Assembly: GCA_039810425.1 (NCBI GenBank)
Contig: JBDHWW010000033.1
Span: forward strand, 1 to 33,661
Reading direction: 5' to 3'
DNA length: 33,661 nucleotides
Source: Pseudobdellovibrionaceae bacterium
GTDB lineage: Bacteria; Bdellovibrionota; Bdellovibrionia; Bdellovibrionales; Bdellovibrionaceae
The notes beneath the pieces were generated by a model, which saw only the letters and a program-made list of their open reading frames with translations, was not told where the DNA came from and searched no databases. Positions 8,056-17,345 of this stretch are shown piece after piece. The position numbers were made by a program, and so were the translations under genes. Within the stretch, counting starts at the first letter, position 1, and every line of letters begins with the position of its first letter.

Positions 8056-8211
8056 GGGATTTTTCTTACATTCTGAGAAATCGCATTTCGGCGATAAGTT
8101 TATGCGTGACAACGGGCGAGGGCGCTCTCATTTAGACTTGCCTAATTAAACGCGTTTGACAGTAAAAATAGTGGACCATCTATAGCATCATTGTGGTAAG
8201 GTGCGGCCATT

Positions 8212-10953
8212 ATGGTTATGAAGACGCAATTCAATCTCGTTTGGGTCACGCTTTCGATTGTCGTGGCTATTTTCGCCTCATATGTGGCGCTGAACCTGGC
8301 GCACAACGTAACGCAAACAAAGGGCAAAGCCCGCGCTGTCTGGTTGACGTGTGGCGCACTCTCGATGGGGATCGGTATTTGGAGCATGCATTTCGTTGGT
8401 ATGCTTGCGTTTGAAATGCCGGGCATGGCAATGGCTTATGATGTTCCGCTGATGGCGCTGTCAGTGCTGGTGGCGGGAGGGGCTTCGGCTTTGGCCTTGT
8501 TTATTATTTCTCGCCCTGTGGTTCCGCTGTCTTCGATCATGTCAGGTGGGGTTGCGATGGCGTCGGCAATCGCAGGCATGCACTACATTGGTATGGCGTC
8601 GATGCGCATGGCGGCCACGATTGAGTGGAACATTTATTTGATTTTGTTGTCGATTTTAATCGCGTTCGGGGCCTCGATTGGTGCACTTGTTTTTGCCATC
8701 CGTTTGAGGAACGCCACGGATCAGTTTCGTAAATTATTTTTGGCAAGCACCTTCATGGGCTTCGCCATCGCAGGTATGCACTACACAGGTATGTTTGCGG
8801 CCACTTACCATCACACCGAGTCTTCAATTGAAAGCTCGAACCTGATGGTTTCTTCAAGGCTGGCTGTCGTCGTCGTTGTGGCCACCCTGATCATCCTGGG
8901 GCTTGCGCTGATGGGCTCTATGAGTCAGCGGATCTGGAGCCGCAAAGCCAATGAGATTCTCGGTGTCAGTGAAGAAAAATTCCGTCGTTTGGTTGACGCC
9001 GTGAAGGACTATGCGATTTTCATGTTGGATACCGAGGGCCGCATTACCACCTGGAACTCGGGAGCAAAACGCATCACCGGCTACACCGACGAAGACGTTC
9101 TCGGTCGGCATGTTTCCATGTTTTATACTCGGAAAGACATCGACAAAGAGACCGCCGCCAAAGAGATGATCGCGGCCAAAGAGATCGGTCACTTCGAAGG
9201 CGAAGGCCAGCGCATCTGTAAGGACGGCTCCATCTACTGGGCCAGCGTCGTGGTTACGCCGCTTTATGATGCCGATAAACAGCTCACCGGGTTTTCAAAA
9301 GTTATTCGCGACATCACCCAGCTGAAAGAAGCCGAAGCACGGATGAAACGCTTGAATGAAGAGCTCGAAGAGCGCGTAGTCGCCCGGACACGGGCCCTAG
9401 AAGATCGCGAATATCAACTGCGCAACATCGCCGATGCGGTCCCCGTGCTGATTGCGCAATTGAATCAGCATGAACAAGTTCTATTTGCCAACGATGCGTT
9501 CTGCCAATGGTTCCAGCAGAGCCACCAAAGCATCCTTGGTAAAACATTTGCGGAGCTTCTTGGGGTGGATCGTTATTCCGCGAACAAACCTTTTGTCCGC
9601 AGAGTTCTGCTCGGGGAAACGGTCTCTTATGAACGAGAGTCCCATAGCGGGGATCGCTCAGTGACCTTTGGGGTCACGCTGGTTCCGGAGCTCGATACGC
9701 AAGGCCGCGCAATTGCGGGATTCATCATCGTTGCCAGCAACATTTCTAAATACAAAGAAATTCACGCGGATTTGAAGAAGGCCAAAGAAGCCGCTGAGGT
9801 TGCAAATGCGACGAAGAGCGCGTTTTTGGCAAATATGAGTCACGAAATCCGCACTCCACTCGGAGCGGTCCTGGGGTTTTCAGAATTGCTGACGGACGAT
9901 TCGATGACGGCGTCAGAGCGCCTGAATAGCATTGATATTATTAAACGTAATGGCCGCCTCCTTTCAAATATCATCAATGACATTCTTGATCTGTCCAAGG
10001 TTGAAGCCGGCCGGTTGGATTTTGAAAGGTCCGAAGTTTCTTTTAACGAGGTCATGAAAGAGATCGGCTCAGTGTTAAGCCTCGAAGCGATTGAAAAGGG
10101 CGTCGAACTTAAAGTGACTTCTGTCGGCGCTCTACCGTCGAAAATAAAAACGGACCCGCTGAGACTTCGCCAGGTTTTACTGAATATCGTCGGCAATGCG
10201 ATTAAGTTCACCAGCCGCGGTTCGGTTCACATTAAAGTGAAACTGGTCCCGGATGTTGCGGGCTCAAGCAAGCTTGCCTTCGTCGTTACGGATACCGGTG
10301 AGGGCATTCAGCCGGATCAGGTCAGTAGACTGTTTAAGCCTTTCACACAGGCCGATGTTTCGACCACGCGAAAATTTGGCGGCACAGGACTCGGCCTGGC
10401 GCTTTCTAAGAAGCTTGCGATCGGTCTTGGCGGAGATGTTGTCCTGACAGGGTCAACTCCAGGAAAAGGCAGCACCTTTACTGTGACGATTGATCCTGGT
10501 TTCATGGAACAGGTGCTCTTCCAAGGGGCTGAGCCGATGCCGACTCAGGCTCAGACTCGGCTGGCCTCTCCGGGGGAGCCCAAGACTAGCCTGAGTCAGA
10601 TGAAGATCCTTGTTGTTGATGACAGCCCTGACAACCAGATTCTTATAAAGAAGATCTTGAAGTTGGCTGGTGCGATGGTTGAAACCGCGTGCAACGGAAG
10701 AGAAGGCGTGCAAAAGGCGCTGGGTGGGGAGTTTGACGTCGTTCTGATGGATTTACAGATGCCAGAAATGGACGGCTATGAGGCTGTGAAGTTGTTACGA
10801 AGTAAGGGTTTTAACAAACCCATCATTGCTTTGACGGCGCATGCGATGAAGGAAGAGCGAATTCACTCACTGCAAAACGGTTTCGACAATCATCTGACGA
10901 AACCTGTGGACAATGTCGAGCTTGTGAAGACTCTTGCGGATTATTCGGCTTAG
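8212..10953 (+). CDS. Hybrid sensor histidine kinase: MHYT-PAS-PAS-HisKA-HATPase-REC
   Basis: MHF, MHY and MHYT membrane repeats; PAS (DYAIFMLD..G.I..WN); FLANMSHEIRTPL; NAIKF, DTGEG, GGTGLGL; receiver LVVDD..LMD.QMP..KP. Confidence 0.95.
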   Translation: MVMKTQFNLVWVTLSIVVAIFASYVALNLAHNVTQTKGKARAVWLTCGALSMGIGIWSMHFVGMLAFEMPGMAMAYDVPLMALSVLVAGGASALALFIISRPVVPLSSIMSGGVAMASAIAGMHYIGMASMRMAATIEWNIYLILLSILIAFGASIGALVFAIRLRNATDQFRKLFLASTFMGFAIAGMHYTGMFAATYHHTESSIESSNLMVSSRLAVVVVVATLIILGLALMGSMSQRIWSRKANEILGVSEEKFRRLVDAVKDYAIFMLDTEGRITTWNSGAKRITGYTDEDVLGRHVSMFYTRKDIDKETAAKEMIAAKEIGHFEGEGQRICKDGSIYWASVVVTPLYDADKQLTGFSKVIRDITQLKEAEARMKRLNEELEERVVARTRALEDREYQLRNIADAVPVLIAQLNQHEQVLFANDAFCQWFQQSHQSILGKTFAELLGVDRYSANKPFVRRVLLGETVSYERESHSGDRSVTFGVTLVPELDTQGRAIAGFIIVASNISKYKEIHADLKKAKEAAEVANATKSAFLANMSHEIRTPLGAVLGFSELLTDDSMTASERLNSIDIIKRNGRLLSNIINDILDLSKVEAGRLDFERSEVSFNEVMKEIGSVLSLEAIEKGVELKVTSVGALPSKIKTDPLRLRQVLLNIVGNAIKFTSRGSVHIKVKLVPDVAGSSKLAFVVTDTGEGIQPDQVSRLFKPFTQADVSTTRKFGGTGLGLALSKKLAIGLGGDVVLTGSTPGKGSTFTVTIDPGFMEQVLFQGAEPMPTQAQTRLASPGEPKTSLSQMKILVVDDSPDNQILIKKILKLAGAMVETACNGREGVQKALGGEFDVVLMDLQMPEMDGYEAVKLLRSKGFNKPIIALTAHAMKEERIHSLQNGFDNHLTKPVDNVELVKTLADYSA

Positions 10954-12026
10954 TACACGCTAAAGCCGCACTTCTGTGATTTTAAGAAATTATCGAACTC
11001 GGAATCAGTTGGGAATTTAAAGTGTAACAAGGAACTGTCGGATTGATCGGGCCAGAGGCTTTTCAGTGGAACTTTGCATGATTGGCCGTTTTTACTAATT
11101 GTCGCCATCCCTTTGCCGAGGCGCGGTTCTTTGCCCGTCGCATCGACTTTAATAACGACATTGCTGCCGGTGTAGGTCTTTTGGTCGGTGAGAACTCCGC
11201 CAAGAACCTTCTTTGTTTTTGTATCGTAAGTCACGGTTTCTCCCGTGGGCAGAGTCACTATCTGTTTATCGCCATCCGTCCGGATCGCCGGGATGTAACG
11301 ACGAGGAAAGACCATTATGTACGTGAACTTTGATTGGTTGTAGTGATTGTCATTGTAATCAGAAATTGAAATACCCAAATCCTGACGGGCCTGAGCGGCG
11401 AAATCAAACTGCCACTCGCGCGGAAGAGGAGAGTTCGTTTTATTATTCAAACGGAATTGCCCGGGAACGACATCGCCATGATAAATGCAAGCTTGATAGT
11501 CGCCGGGGCGATCGCCGCAGACGGCAGTGTTTGTGCCCGTGTTGTTGACGTCCGTCTTTGGTTCAACCAAAGTGCCGGCAGTCGCCGGGTCTAGCGCGTC
11601 GAACTGCCTTTTCATTTTTATGAGTTCATCGGCGCGCGTTTCGCCGCCGCCACTTGCTTGGGTTTGATCTCTGAGATCGCAAACGCCGCAGCGGTTGTTC
11701 TGTTCATTTATTTTCTTCATGGCGTGATTACCATCCATGATTTTTTCAACGACGTCTTCCGGCGAGACGCTCGAACCTGAGGTGTCCCGAGGGGCCATCG
11801 TCGGTCCATTGGCTATTGGCAAATTCAAAACTTTTTGAGATTTCTTTGATTTCTTTTGTTTTGGTAAATACGGGGGCGGAACCGGTTTAGATTCCTCTGA
11901 GAGACCTTGAACAGGGAAGGTTTTCGCCGGTTCAGGAACGGGAAACAGCGCCGCCGGGTCCGTAACCGTGTCGGCCGCGTGGGATATCAAGCCAAGCATC
12001 GAAAAAAGTAAAATCATCTTCATCAT
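10950..12026 (-). CDS. Secreted hypothetical protein (disordered N-terminus, CxxC, beta-rich C-terminal domain)
   Basis: 358-aa ORF with signal peptide MMKMILLFSMLGLISHA; 4-nt convergent overlap with the kinase. Confidence 0.8.
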   Translation of the reverse strand: MMKMILLFSMLGLISHAADTVTDPAALFPVPEPAKTFPVQGLSEESKPVPPPYLPKQKKSKKSQKVLNLPIANGPTMAPRDTSGSSVSPEDVVEKIMDGNHAMKKINEQNNRCGVCDLRDQTQASGGGETRADELIKMKRQFDALDPATAGTLVEPKTDVNNTGTNTAVCGDRPGDYQACIYHGDVVPGQFRLNNKTNSPLPREWQFDFAAQARQDLGISISDYNDNHYNQSKFTYIMVFPRRYIPAIRTDGDKQIVTLPTGETVTYDTKTKKVLGGVLTDQKTYTGSNVVIKVDATGKEPRLGKGMATISKNGQSCKVPLKSLWPDQSDSSLLHFKFPTDSEFDNFLKSQKCGFSVY

Positions 12027-12032
12027 GCTTGC

Positions 12033-12059
12033 TTATCGGCACATCGGCGGGAGAACTGA
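12033..12059 (-). promoter_or_regulatory. Sigma28 (FliA)-type promoter
   Basis: TCAG-N15-GCCGATAA on the - strand, 6 nt before ATG 12026. Confidence 0.7.
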
Positions 12060-12118
12060 ATGTGGAGGTGGGGCTGGATCCAGGTCGAGTCCAGAGGGTA
12101 AAGGGGCGCAGACCAAGT

Positions 12119-12265
12119 TTACAGAAGCTTCAGGTACTCCAGCAAATCGGCTTTCTCAGTTTCTTTCAAAAGATCAAATGGTGCTTCGTGCCCGGCGTAT
12201 TCGTATTGACTCAACCGGAACGATCTTTCAATGAGTTAGCCACGGCGCAACCCGTAGACGCGATC
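12119..12265 (-). pseudogene. Degenerate 3' remnant resembling the C-terminus of a c-type cytochrome (RoxA/di-heme-like) protein
   Basis: - strand frame 12235-12119 reads ...YAGHEAPFDLLKETEKADLLEYLKLL*; an adjacent frame gives VNTNTPG; not in the ORF track. Confidence 0.45.
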
Positions 12266-12304
12266 AAAAAAAAGGCGTCGAAGTTTACCGCGACGCCTTT
12301 TTTT
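12266..12304. terminator. Intrinsic terminator (bidirectional shape)
   Basis: AAAAAAAGGCGTCG ... CGACGCCTTTTTTT just downstream of the 12311 stop. Confidence 0.9.
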
Positions 12305-12310
12305 AGCGAA

Positions 12311-12790
12311 CTACTTACCGAACTTAAAAGATTGCAATTCAGCGTAAGTTCTTTGGCCTTGCTTGTCAGTCGTGTCGACTTTAACTACGCCGAAAGCAAC
12401 TTGAGCAACCCAAGTGAAACCAGTACCGTCTTGTGGATCAGCAGGCAAAGCACATGCATTGAAAGTGCCAGCTGGAACCGCGACAGTTTCCAATTTGCCA
12501 CCGTACTGAGCGCAGTTGCCAAGGATTTGAGCTACCAAAGCATCAGAAACCATTTCTTGCGCTGATCTTTGTTGGTTTTGAACTTGAGATTGGCCGCCCA
12601 AGTTGATTTTGTTTTCAACAGTGTAGGTACCGTTGTTAGCAGCAGTGATCGTAGATTCCAAAGTGCCTTGCATAGATTGGCCACCTTGAGAAATAGTCAC
12701 GTTGTAAACCGCGTTGTCACCGAGTGTTGGCATAGCGAAAGCTGTTGCCGCGAATAACATAGATACCAAAGACATAAAGATCGTTTTCAT
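12311..12790 (-). CDS. Small secreted beta-rich hypothetical protein (VxVPAGTF motif)
   Basis: Signal peptide MKTIFMSLVSMLFAATAFA; AAGGGGG RBS before ATG 12790; own terminator. Confidence 0.85.
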   Translation of the reverse strand: MKTIFMSLVSMLFAATAFAMPTLGDNAVYNVTISQGGQSMQGTLESTITAANNGTYTVENKINLGGQSQVQNQQRSAQEMVSDALVAQILGNCAQYGGKLETVAVPAGTFNACALPADPQDGTGFTWVAQVAFGVVKVDTTDKQGQRTYAELQSFKFGK

Positions 12791-12987
12791 TAAAATCCCC
12801 CTTATTGGTTGTTGAGGTGCAGAGTACATACGAGCTTTATGGAAGTTGCAACCAAGAACGCACCTGATCGTGAAAATAGCATGATGCCTCTTGTCTTAAC
12901 GTAACCCTGACATTTGTTTGCTTTATATCGACATCTCCGGGTGCTAGCGTTCTTGTATTCCAAAAAAGTGAATACATGGGAGTCAAC

Positions 12988-14451
12988 ATGTGCGGAGTTA
13001 TCGGACTCATTGGCACGAGCCAAGCTTCCTCAAGGGCTTTGAGGGGTCTGAGCCTTCTTCAACACCGGGGGCAGGACGCGGCCGGCATCTTGTCCTATGA
13101 CGATTCCGGTTTCCACTATGTGCGAAACTTGGGACTTGTCGAGAACGTGTTCACGCCCGAAAACATGTCCTCTCTGAGCGGCGAGGTGGCCATCGGGCAT
13201 GTCCGCTATGGGACGGCCGGGAAGAGTGAGCTGCGGAATGTACAGCCTTTCCTGTTGAACTTCCCCTATGGCATTGGCCTCGTTCATAACGGCAACCTTG
13301 TGAACTTTCGTTCCCTGACTCAAGAGCTTCGTACGAAATACCGGCGCCAGCCCCTGGCGGACTCCGACACTGAAAACATCATTAATCTCTTTGCTGAGGG
13401 ACTGGCGAAAAATGGCCAGAAACGCACGCCGACCTTCGAAGATCTTTGTTCTTCCGTCGACTTCGTTTTTGAAAAAGCCGTCGGGAGCTACAGCATCGTG
13501 ACTTTGGTGGCGGGCTTCGGGCTTGTGGCGTTCAGGGATCCGTTTGGACTGCGACCGCTCGTCATGGGTCAGCGCCGCGAAGACACCGGCAAAACTTCCT
13601 ACGCTTTGGCGTCTGAAAATACGGCCTTGTCCTTTTTAGGCTACGACGAGTTCGAAGATATTAGGCCCGGCGAAATCGTCGCTATCAATATGGAGGGTAC
13701 AGTTGAGCGCAAAACCCTCCGTTTTCGTGAACACCGTCCTTGTATGTTTGAGTGGGTTTACTTCGCTTCACCGACTTCGGAAATCGAAGGCAGCCCGGTT
13801 TACAAAGCCCGCATTGAGCTGGGGAAGAAAATGGCCCAGTCCGTGAAAGGGCGCATGGCAAAAGACGGGATTGGATTTGACGTCGTTGTTCCGGTTCCAG
13901 AGACGGCACGTATCGCCGCGATTGCCCTGGCGGAAGAGCTGAAAGTCCCTTACCGCGAAGTTTTGATTAAAAATCGTTACATCACTCGCACCTTTATTCT
14001 GGATAGCCAGGATAAGAGAGAACAAGCGGTGCATCTGAAGCTTGCGCCGGTATTGTCTGAAATCAAAGACAAGCGCGTTTTGCTGGTCGACGACTCGATT
14101 GTGCGTGGCACGACCTCGCGTAAATTGATTGAGCTTGTGCGTATGGCAGGCGCAAAAGAAGTTTACTTCGCGGCCACCTGCCCACCGATCAAACATCCCT
14201 GCTACTACGGTATCGACTTTCCGGTGGAAAAGGAACTTATCGCCAATAATAAATCTCTAAAAGCAGTGGAAGAGGCACTGGGCGCGGACGGTGTTATCTA
14301 TCAAGAGGTTGAAGCCCTGACGGAAGCCCTTTTCCCCGAGAAGAAAATCACTCCTTGTATGGCGTGCCTGACCGGACAGTATCCGACGGCGATCGAAGGA
14401 GTGAAGGACTTGGTTAAAACGAGAAATGAGGATCGTAGTGCCTACATCTAG
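12988..14451 (+). CDS. purF: Amidophosphoribosyltransferase
   Basis: N-terminal MCGVIG (catalytic Cys2 fixes the start at 12988), QHRGQD, HNGNL, VLLVDDSIVRGTTS PRPP motif. Confidence 0.97.
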   Translation: MCGVIGLIGTSQASSRALRGLSLLQHRGQDAAGILSYDDSGFHYVRNLGLVENVFTPENMSSLSGEVAIGHVRYGTAGKSELRNVQPFLLNFPYGIGLVHNGNLVNFRSLTQELRTKYRRQPLADSDTENIINLFAEGLAKNGQKRTPTFEDLCSSVDFVFEKAVGSYSIVTLVAGFGLVAFRDPFGLRPLVMGQRREDTGKTSYALASENTALSFLGYDEFEDIRPGEIVAINMEGTVERKTLRFREHRPCMFEWVYFASPTSEIEGSPVYKARIELGKKMAQSVKGRMAKDGIGFDVVVPVPETARIAAIALAEELKVPYREVLIKNRYITRTFILDSQDKREQAVHLKLAPVLSEIKDKRVLLVDDSIVRGTTSRKLIELVRMAGAKEVYFAATCPPIKHPCYYGIDFPVEKELIANNKSLKAVEEALGADGVIYQEVEALTEALFPEKKITPCMACLTGQYPTAIEGVKDLVKTRNEDRSAYI

Positions 14452-15439
14452 TTTTCAGAAAAAGAATTTGATGTACGAAGGCTCGGTCAAGAAAATATTT
14501 TCGACCGAGCCGGCCTCTCATTTGGTTTTTGAATTCACCGATAACTATTCGGTTTTTGATTGGGGCAAAATGCCGGACACCATCCCGCAAAAGGGCGAAG
14601 GGCTGGCAAAATTAACGGCCGTTCTGTTTAAGCGCCTCGAAGAGTGCGGTGTGAAGACTCACTTCCGCGGCTTTGACGGTGGCCGTAACGTGCTTGTTGA
14701 AAAAATCGGCGTCTATCGCCCGGAGCGTATCGCCGAGGGCGGACGCAACTTCTATGCCTATCCTAAGACAATGCAACGGCCTTACCTGATCCCGCTCGAA
14801 GTGGTTTTCCGCTTTGAGGTGTGCGCGGGAAGTTCGTTTATAAAGCGTCATCCTGAAAAGGACTATCAAGTGGGGCAGCGTTTTGAAAAACCCTGCATCG
14901 AGATGTTTACGAAACTTGAAGACAAAGACCGTCCCCTTTCGAACGATGAAGCTTTAAAAATCAGCGGTCTCACGGTCGCTCAGTACGAAGAAGTGATTAT
15001 GAAAACTTCCGAAGTTGCTTTGATTCTGCAAAAGTGGTTCGCGGAAAAAGGCATTCGCTTGATGGACGGGAAGATTGAGTGGGGTTTGTCCGCCGAGGGC
15101 GAGATTCTTTTGGTTGATGCCATCGGTCCTGATGAAATGCGTCTTGAAAAACAAAATATTCAGTTGTCGAAAGAAGTTTTGCGTGAGTTCTATCGCAAAA
15201 CCCAGTGGTATCAGGACCTCGAGAACGCCAAAGATGAAAGCGAAGCCAAAGGTTGCGCTGATTGGAAGGCTTTGGTGAAAAACCCTCCGCCGCCACTTCC
15301 GGCACGGTTGAAGGAACTTGTCAGTGGTATGTACTTGGCGCTCGTAAATGATATGGCAAGTGAGAAGGTTTTTGAATCCGCGAGCCTCGATGAGGTCGTC
15401 AAAGAAATGACCTCTTATTTGCAAGGGAGGGCTCGATGA
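14426..15439 (+). CDS. purC: SAICAR synthetase (long form)
   Basis: YEGSVK, FTDNYSVFD, PLEVVFR, FTKLE, DGKIEWG, LVDAIGPDEMR; exact start uncertain. Confidence 0.92.
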   Translation: MRIVVPTSSFQKKNLMYEGSVKKIFSTEPASHLVFEFTDNYSVFDWGKMPDTIPQKGEGLAKLTAVLFKRLEECGVKTHFRGFDGGRNVLVEKIGVYRPERIAEGGRNFYAYPKTMQRPYLIPLEVVFRFEVCAGSSFIKRHPEKDYQVGQRFEKPCIEMFTKLEDKDRPLSNDEALKISGLTVAQYEEVIMKTSEVALILQKWFAEKGIRLMDGKIEWGLSAEGEILLVDAIGPDEMRLEKQNIQLSKEVLREFYRKTQWYQDLENAKDESEAKGCADWKALVKNPPPPLPARLKELVSGMYLALVNDMASEKVFESASLDEVVKEMTSYLQGRAR

Positions 15440-16725
15440 AGGTCCTCGTCCTTGGAGCGGGCGGCCGCGAACACGCCATGGCGTGGAAGCTTCTGCAGTC
15501 GCCGAAGGTCAAGACATTGGTGATGTGCCCTGAGAACACCGCGGCTCTTGAACAATTGCGCCGGCAGTACAAGAAAGACGTCGCAGGCTGGAGTGATTCC
15601 GTCAAAGGCGCGGAAAATTTGTTGGCGCTTGCGAAAAAAACAAAGAGTCAAAAGATCGACCTCGTCGTCGTCGGTCCTGACAATGTTCTTGCTGACGGCG
15701 CGGTGGATATTTTCGAAAAAGAAGGCCTGGCGATTTTCGGTCCAACTCAGGCGGCGGCAAAACTTGAAAGCAGCAAGATTTTTTCGAAGCAAGTGATGAA
15801 GTCCGCCAAAGTTCCGACGGCGGACTCGTACGAAGTGCATTCTGTCGCGGATGCCGAGAAGCTATTGAAGGACCTAAACTGGGCTCGCAAACAATGGGTT
15901 TTAAAAGCCGATGGTCTTGCCCTCGGGAAGGGTGTTGAGATTTGTGAAACCCGCAGTCAAGCATTGGCGGCGTTGGGACGTTTGCAGCAGTACTCCCATT
16001 CCTTCGTGATCGAAGAGCGGCTTTTTGGCAAGGAGCTCTCTTGGCTGGCGTTCTGTGACGGGGACACCTGTTCGCTGTTGCCGCCCGCGCGTGACTATAA
16101 AACTTTGACGGCAGATCCCTTGAGTCCCAACACGGGGGGGATGGGCGCCGTGTGCCCGGTGCCTTTAGAAGATCCACAGTTTGGCGATAAGATCCGTGAA
16201 TTGGTGTTTATTCCGACACTGCGTGAAATGAAAAAGCGTGGTGTTCCTTATAAAGGAATTCTGTACGCGGGTTTGATGGTCGATGGCGAAGACATTTGGG
16301 TTCTGGAGTTCAATTCTCGTTTCGGTGACCCAGAGGCGCAAGTATTGCTGCCACTCATCCACGATGATTTGCTCGAGTGGTGCTTGGCCAGTGTCGAAGG
16401 GCGTTTGGCGCAAAAGCCGCGGGTTGTGCCAATGTTTGATGAGTGCGCGGTCTATGTGGTGGCTGCCGCTTCGGGATATCCGGGGGTGGTTCGTAACGGC
16501 GACGCGATTCAAGGGCTTGATAAGTGGATGAAAGTTCATAGCGGATTTTTTGCCGGAGTTCGCAAAGACGAGACCCAGTGGCGCACTTCGGGGGGCCGTA
16601 TTTTGGGCGCCCTTGGTTTTGGCAATACGATAGCGGAGGCCCGCGCCAAAGCCTTTGAGCGGCTAGAACAAGTGCAGTTTGACGGTATGCAAGTTCGTAA
16701 AGATGTGGGGGCGGAGTGGCTTTAG
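15436..16725 (+). CDS. purD: Phosphoribosylamine-glycine ligase
   Basis: GAGGREHA, KADGLALGKGV, PNTGGMG, EFNSRFGDPE. Confidence 0.96.
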   Translation: MKVLVLGAGGREHAMAWKLLQSPKVKTLVMCPENTAALEQLRRQYKKDVAGWSDSVKGAENLLALAKKTKSQKIDLVVVGPDNVLADGAVDIFEKEGLAIFGPTQAAAKLESSKIFSKQVMKSAKVPTADSYEVHSVADAEKLLKDLNWARKQWVLKADGLALGKGVEICETRSQALAALGRLQQYSHSFVIEERLFGKELSWLAFCDGDTCSLLPPARDYKTLTADPLSPNTGGMGAVCPVPLEDPQFGDKIRELVFIPTLREMKKRGVPYKGILYAGLMVDGEDIWVLEFNSRFGDPEAQVLLPLIHDDLLEWCLASVEGRLAQKPRVVPMFDECAVYVVAAASGYPGVVRNGDAIQGLDKWMKVHSGFFAGVRKDETQWRTSGGRILGALGFGNTIAEARAKAFERLEQVQFDGMQVRKDVGAEWL

Positions 16726-17345
16726 AGCGTCTTCCACGTATTGCGATTTTAGCCTCAGGAAGAGGTTCTAATTTTAGCGCCATTGCCAAGGCGGTTGGCG
16801 AAAAAGAACTGGCGGCGGACATCGTTCTTGTCGGTTCGGACCGCGTGGATGCGGCAGTTTTAGAAAAAGCTAGAGGCTTGGGCTTAGCCACTCTCGTTGA
16901 AAAAGATCAAAGGCGTTTGGCCGCCGCTCTGCGGGGGTTGCAAGTGGACTACGTTGTGCTCGCGGGCTTCATGCGGATCCTAAAGCCAGAGTTTATTGCC
17001 GCGTTTCAAGATGCCCGTGGTTTTGCGCGTATTATCAATATCCATCCGTCCCTCTTGCCGGAGCTTCCGGGTTTAAATGGTTACCAGCGCGCGTTTGAAC
17101 GGAAGCTCGCGAAAACAGGTGTGACTGTGCATTTCGTCGATGCTGGCGTGGATACCGGGCCGATCTGTGCCCAAGAAAGTTTTTCGATTGCCGACTGTAC
17201 CAGCGCTGAAGAGGTGGAAAATCGAGGCCTTGCGGTTGAGCATGCGCTTTATCCAAACACATTGTCCTGGATCCTCGCAAACCAGTTTGAAATTTTAAAA
17301 CAAGGAGAGAGGTTTTATGTACGCCCGCACGGACGTCATCCTTAA
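16716..17345 (+). CDS. purN: Phosphoribosylglycinamide formyltransferase
   Basis: LASGRGSN, LAGFMRIL, INIHPSLLP, VDTGPI. Confidence 0.96.
   Translation: MALERLPRIAILASGRGSNFSAIAKAVGEKELAADIVLVGSDRVDAAVLEKARGLGLATLVEKDQRRLAAALRGLQVDYVVLAGFMRILKPEFIAAFQDARGFARIINIHPSLLPELPGLNGYQRAFERKLAKTGVTVHFVDAGVDTGPICAQESFSIADCTSAEEVENRGLAVEHALYPNTLSWILANQFEILKQGERFYVRPHGRHP

Noticed and set aside
8090..8097. Third sigma28 promoter (GGCGATAA)
   Set aside because: Mismatch in the -10 and no -35 match at 15-nt spacing.
12061..12110. tRNA fragment (GGTCGAGTCC resembles a T-arm)
   Set aside because: No GTTC, no cloverleaf and no CCA end; just a small hairpin.
12029..12565. 178-aa + strand ORF
   Set aside because: Antisense shadow of a clear secreted-protein gene, and it runs through a terminator.
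12830..12987. Purine, ZTP or PRPP riboswitch, or PurR box, upstream of purF
   Set aside because: None of the conserved cores or a terminator could be found by eye; only a 7-bp hairpin is present.
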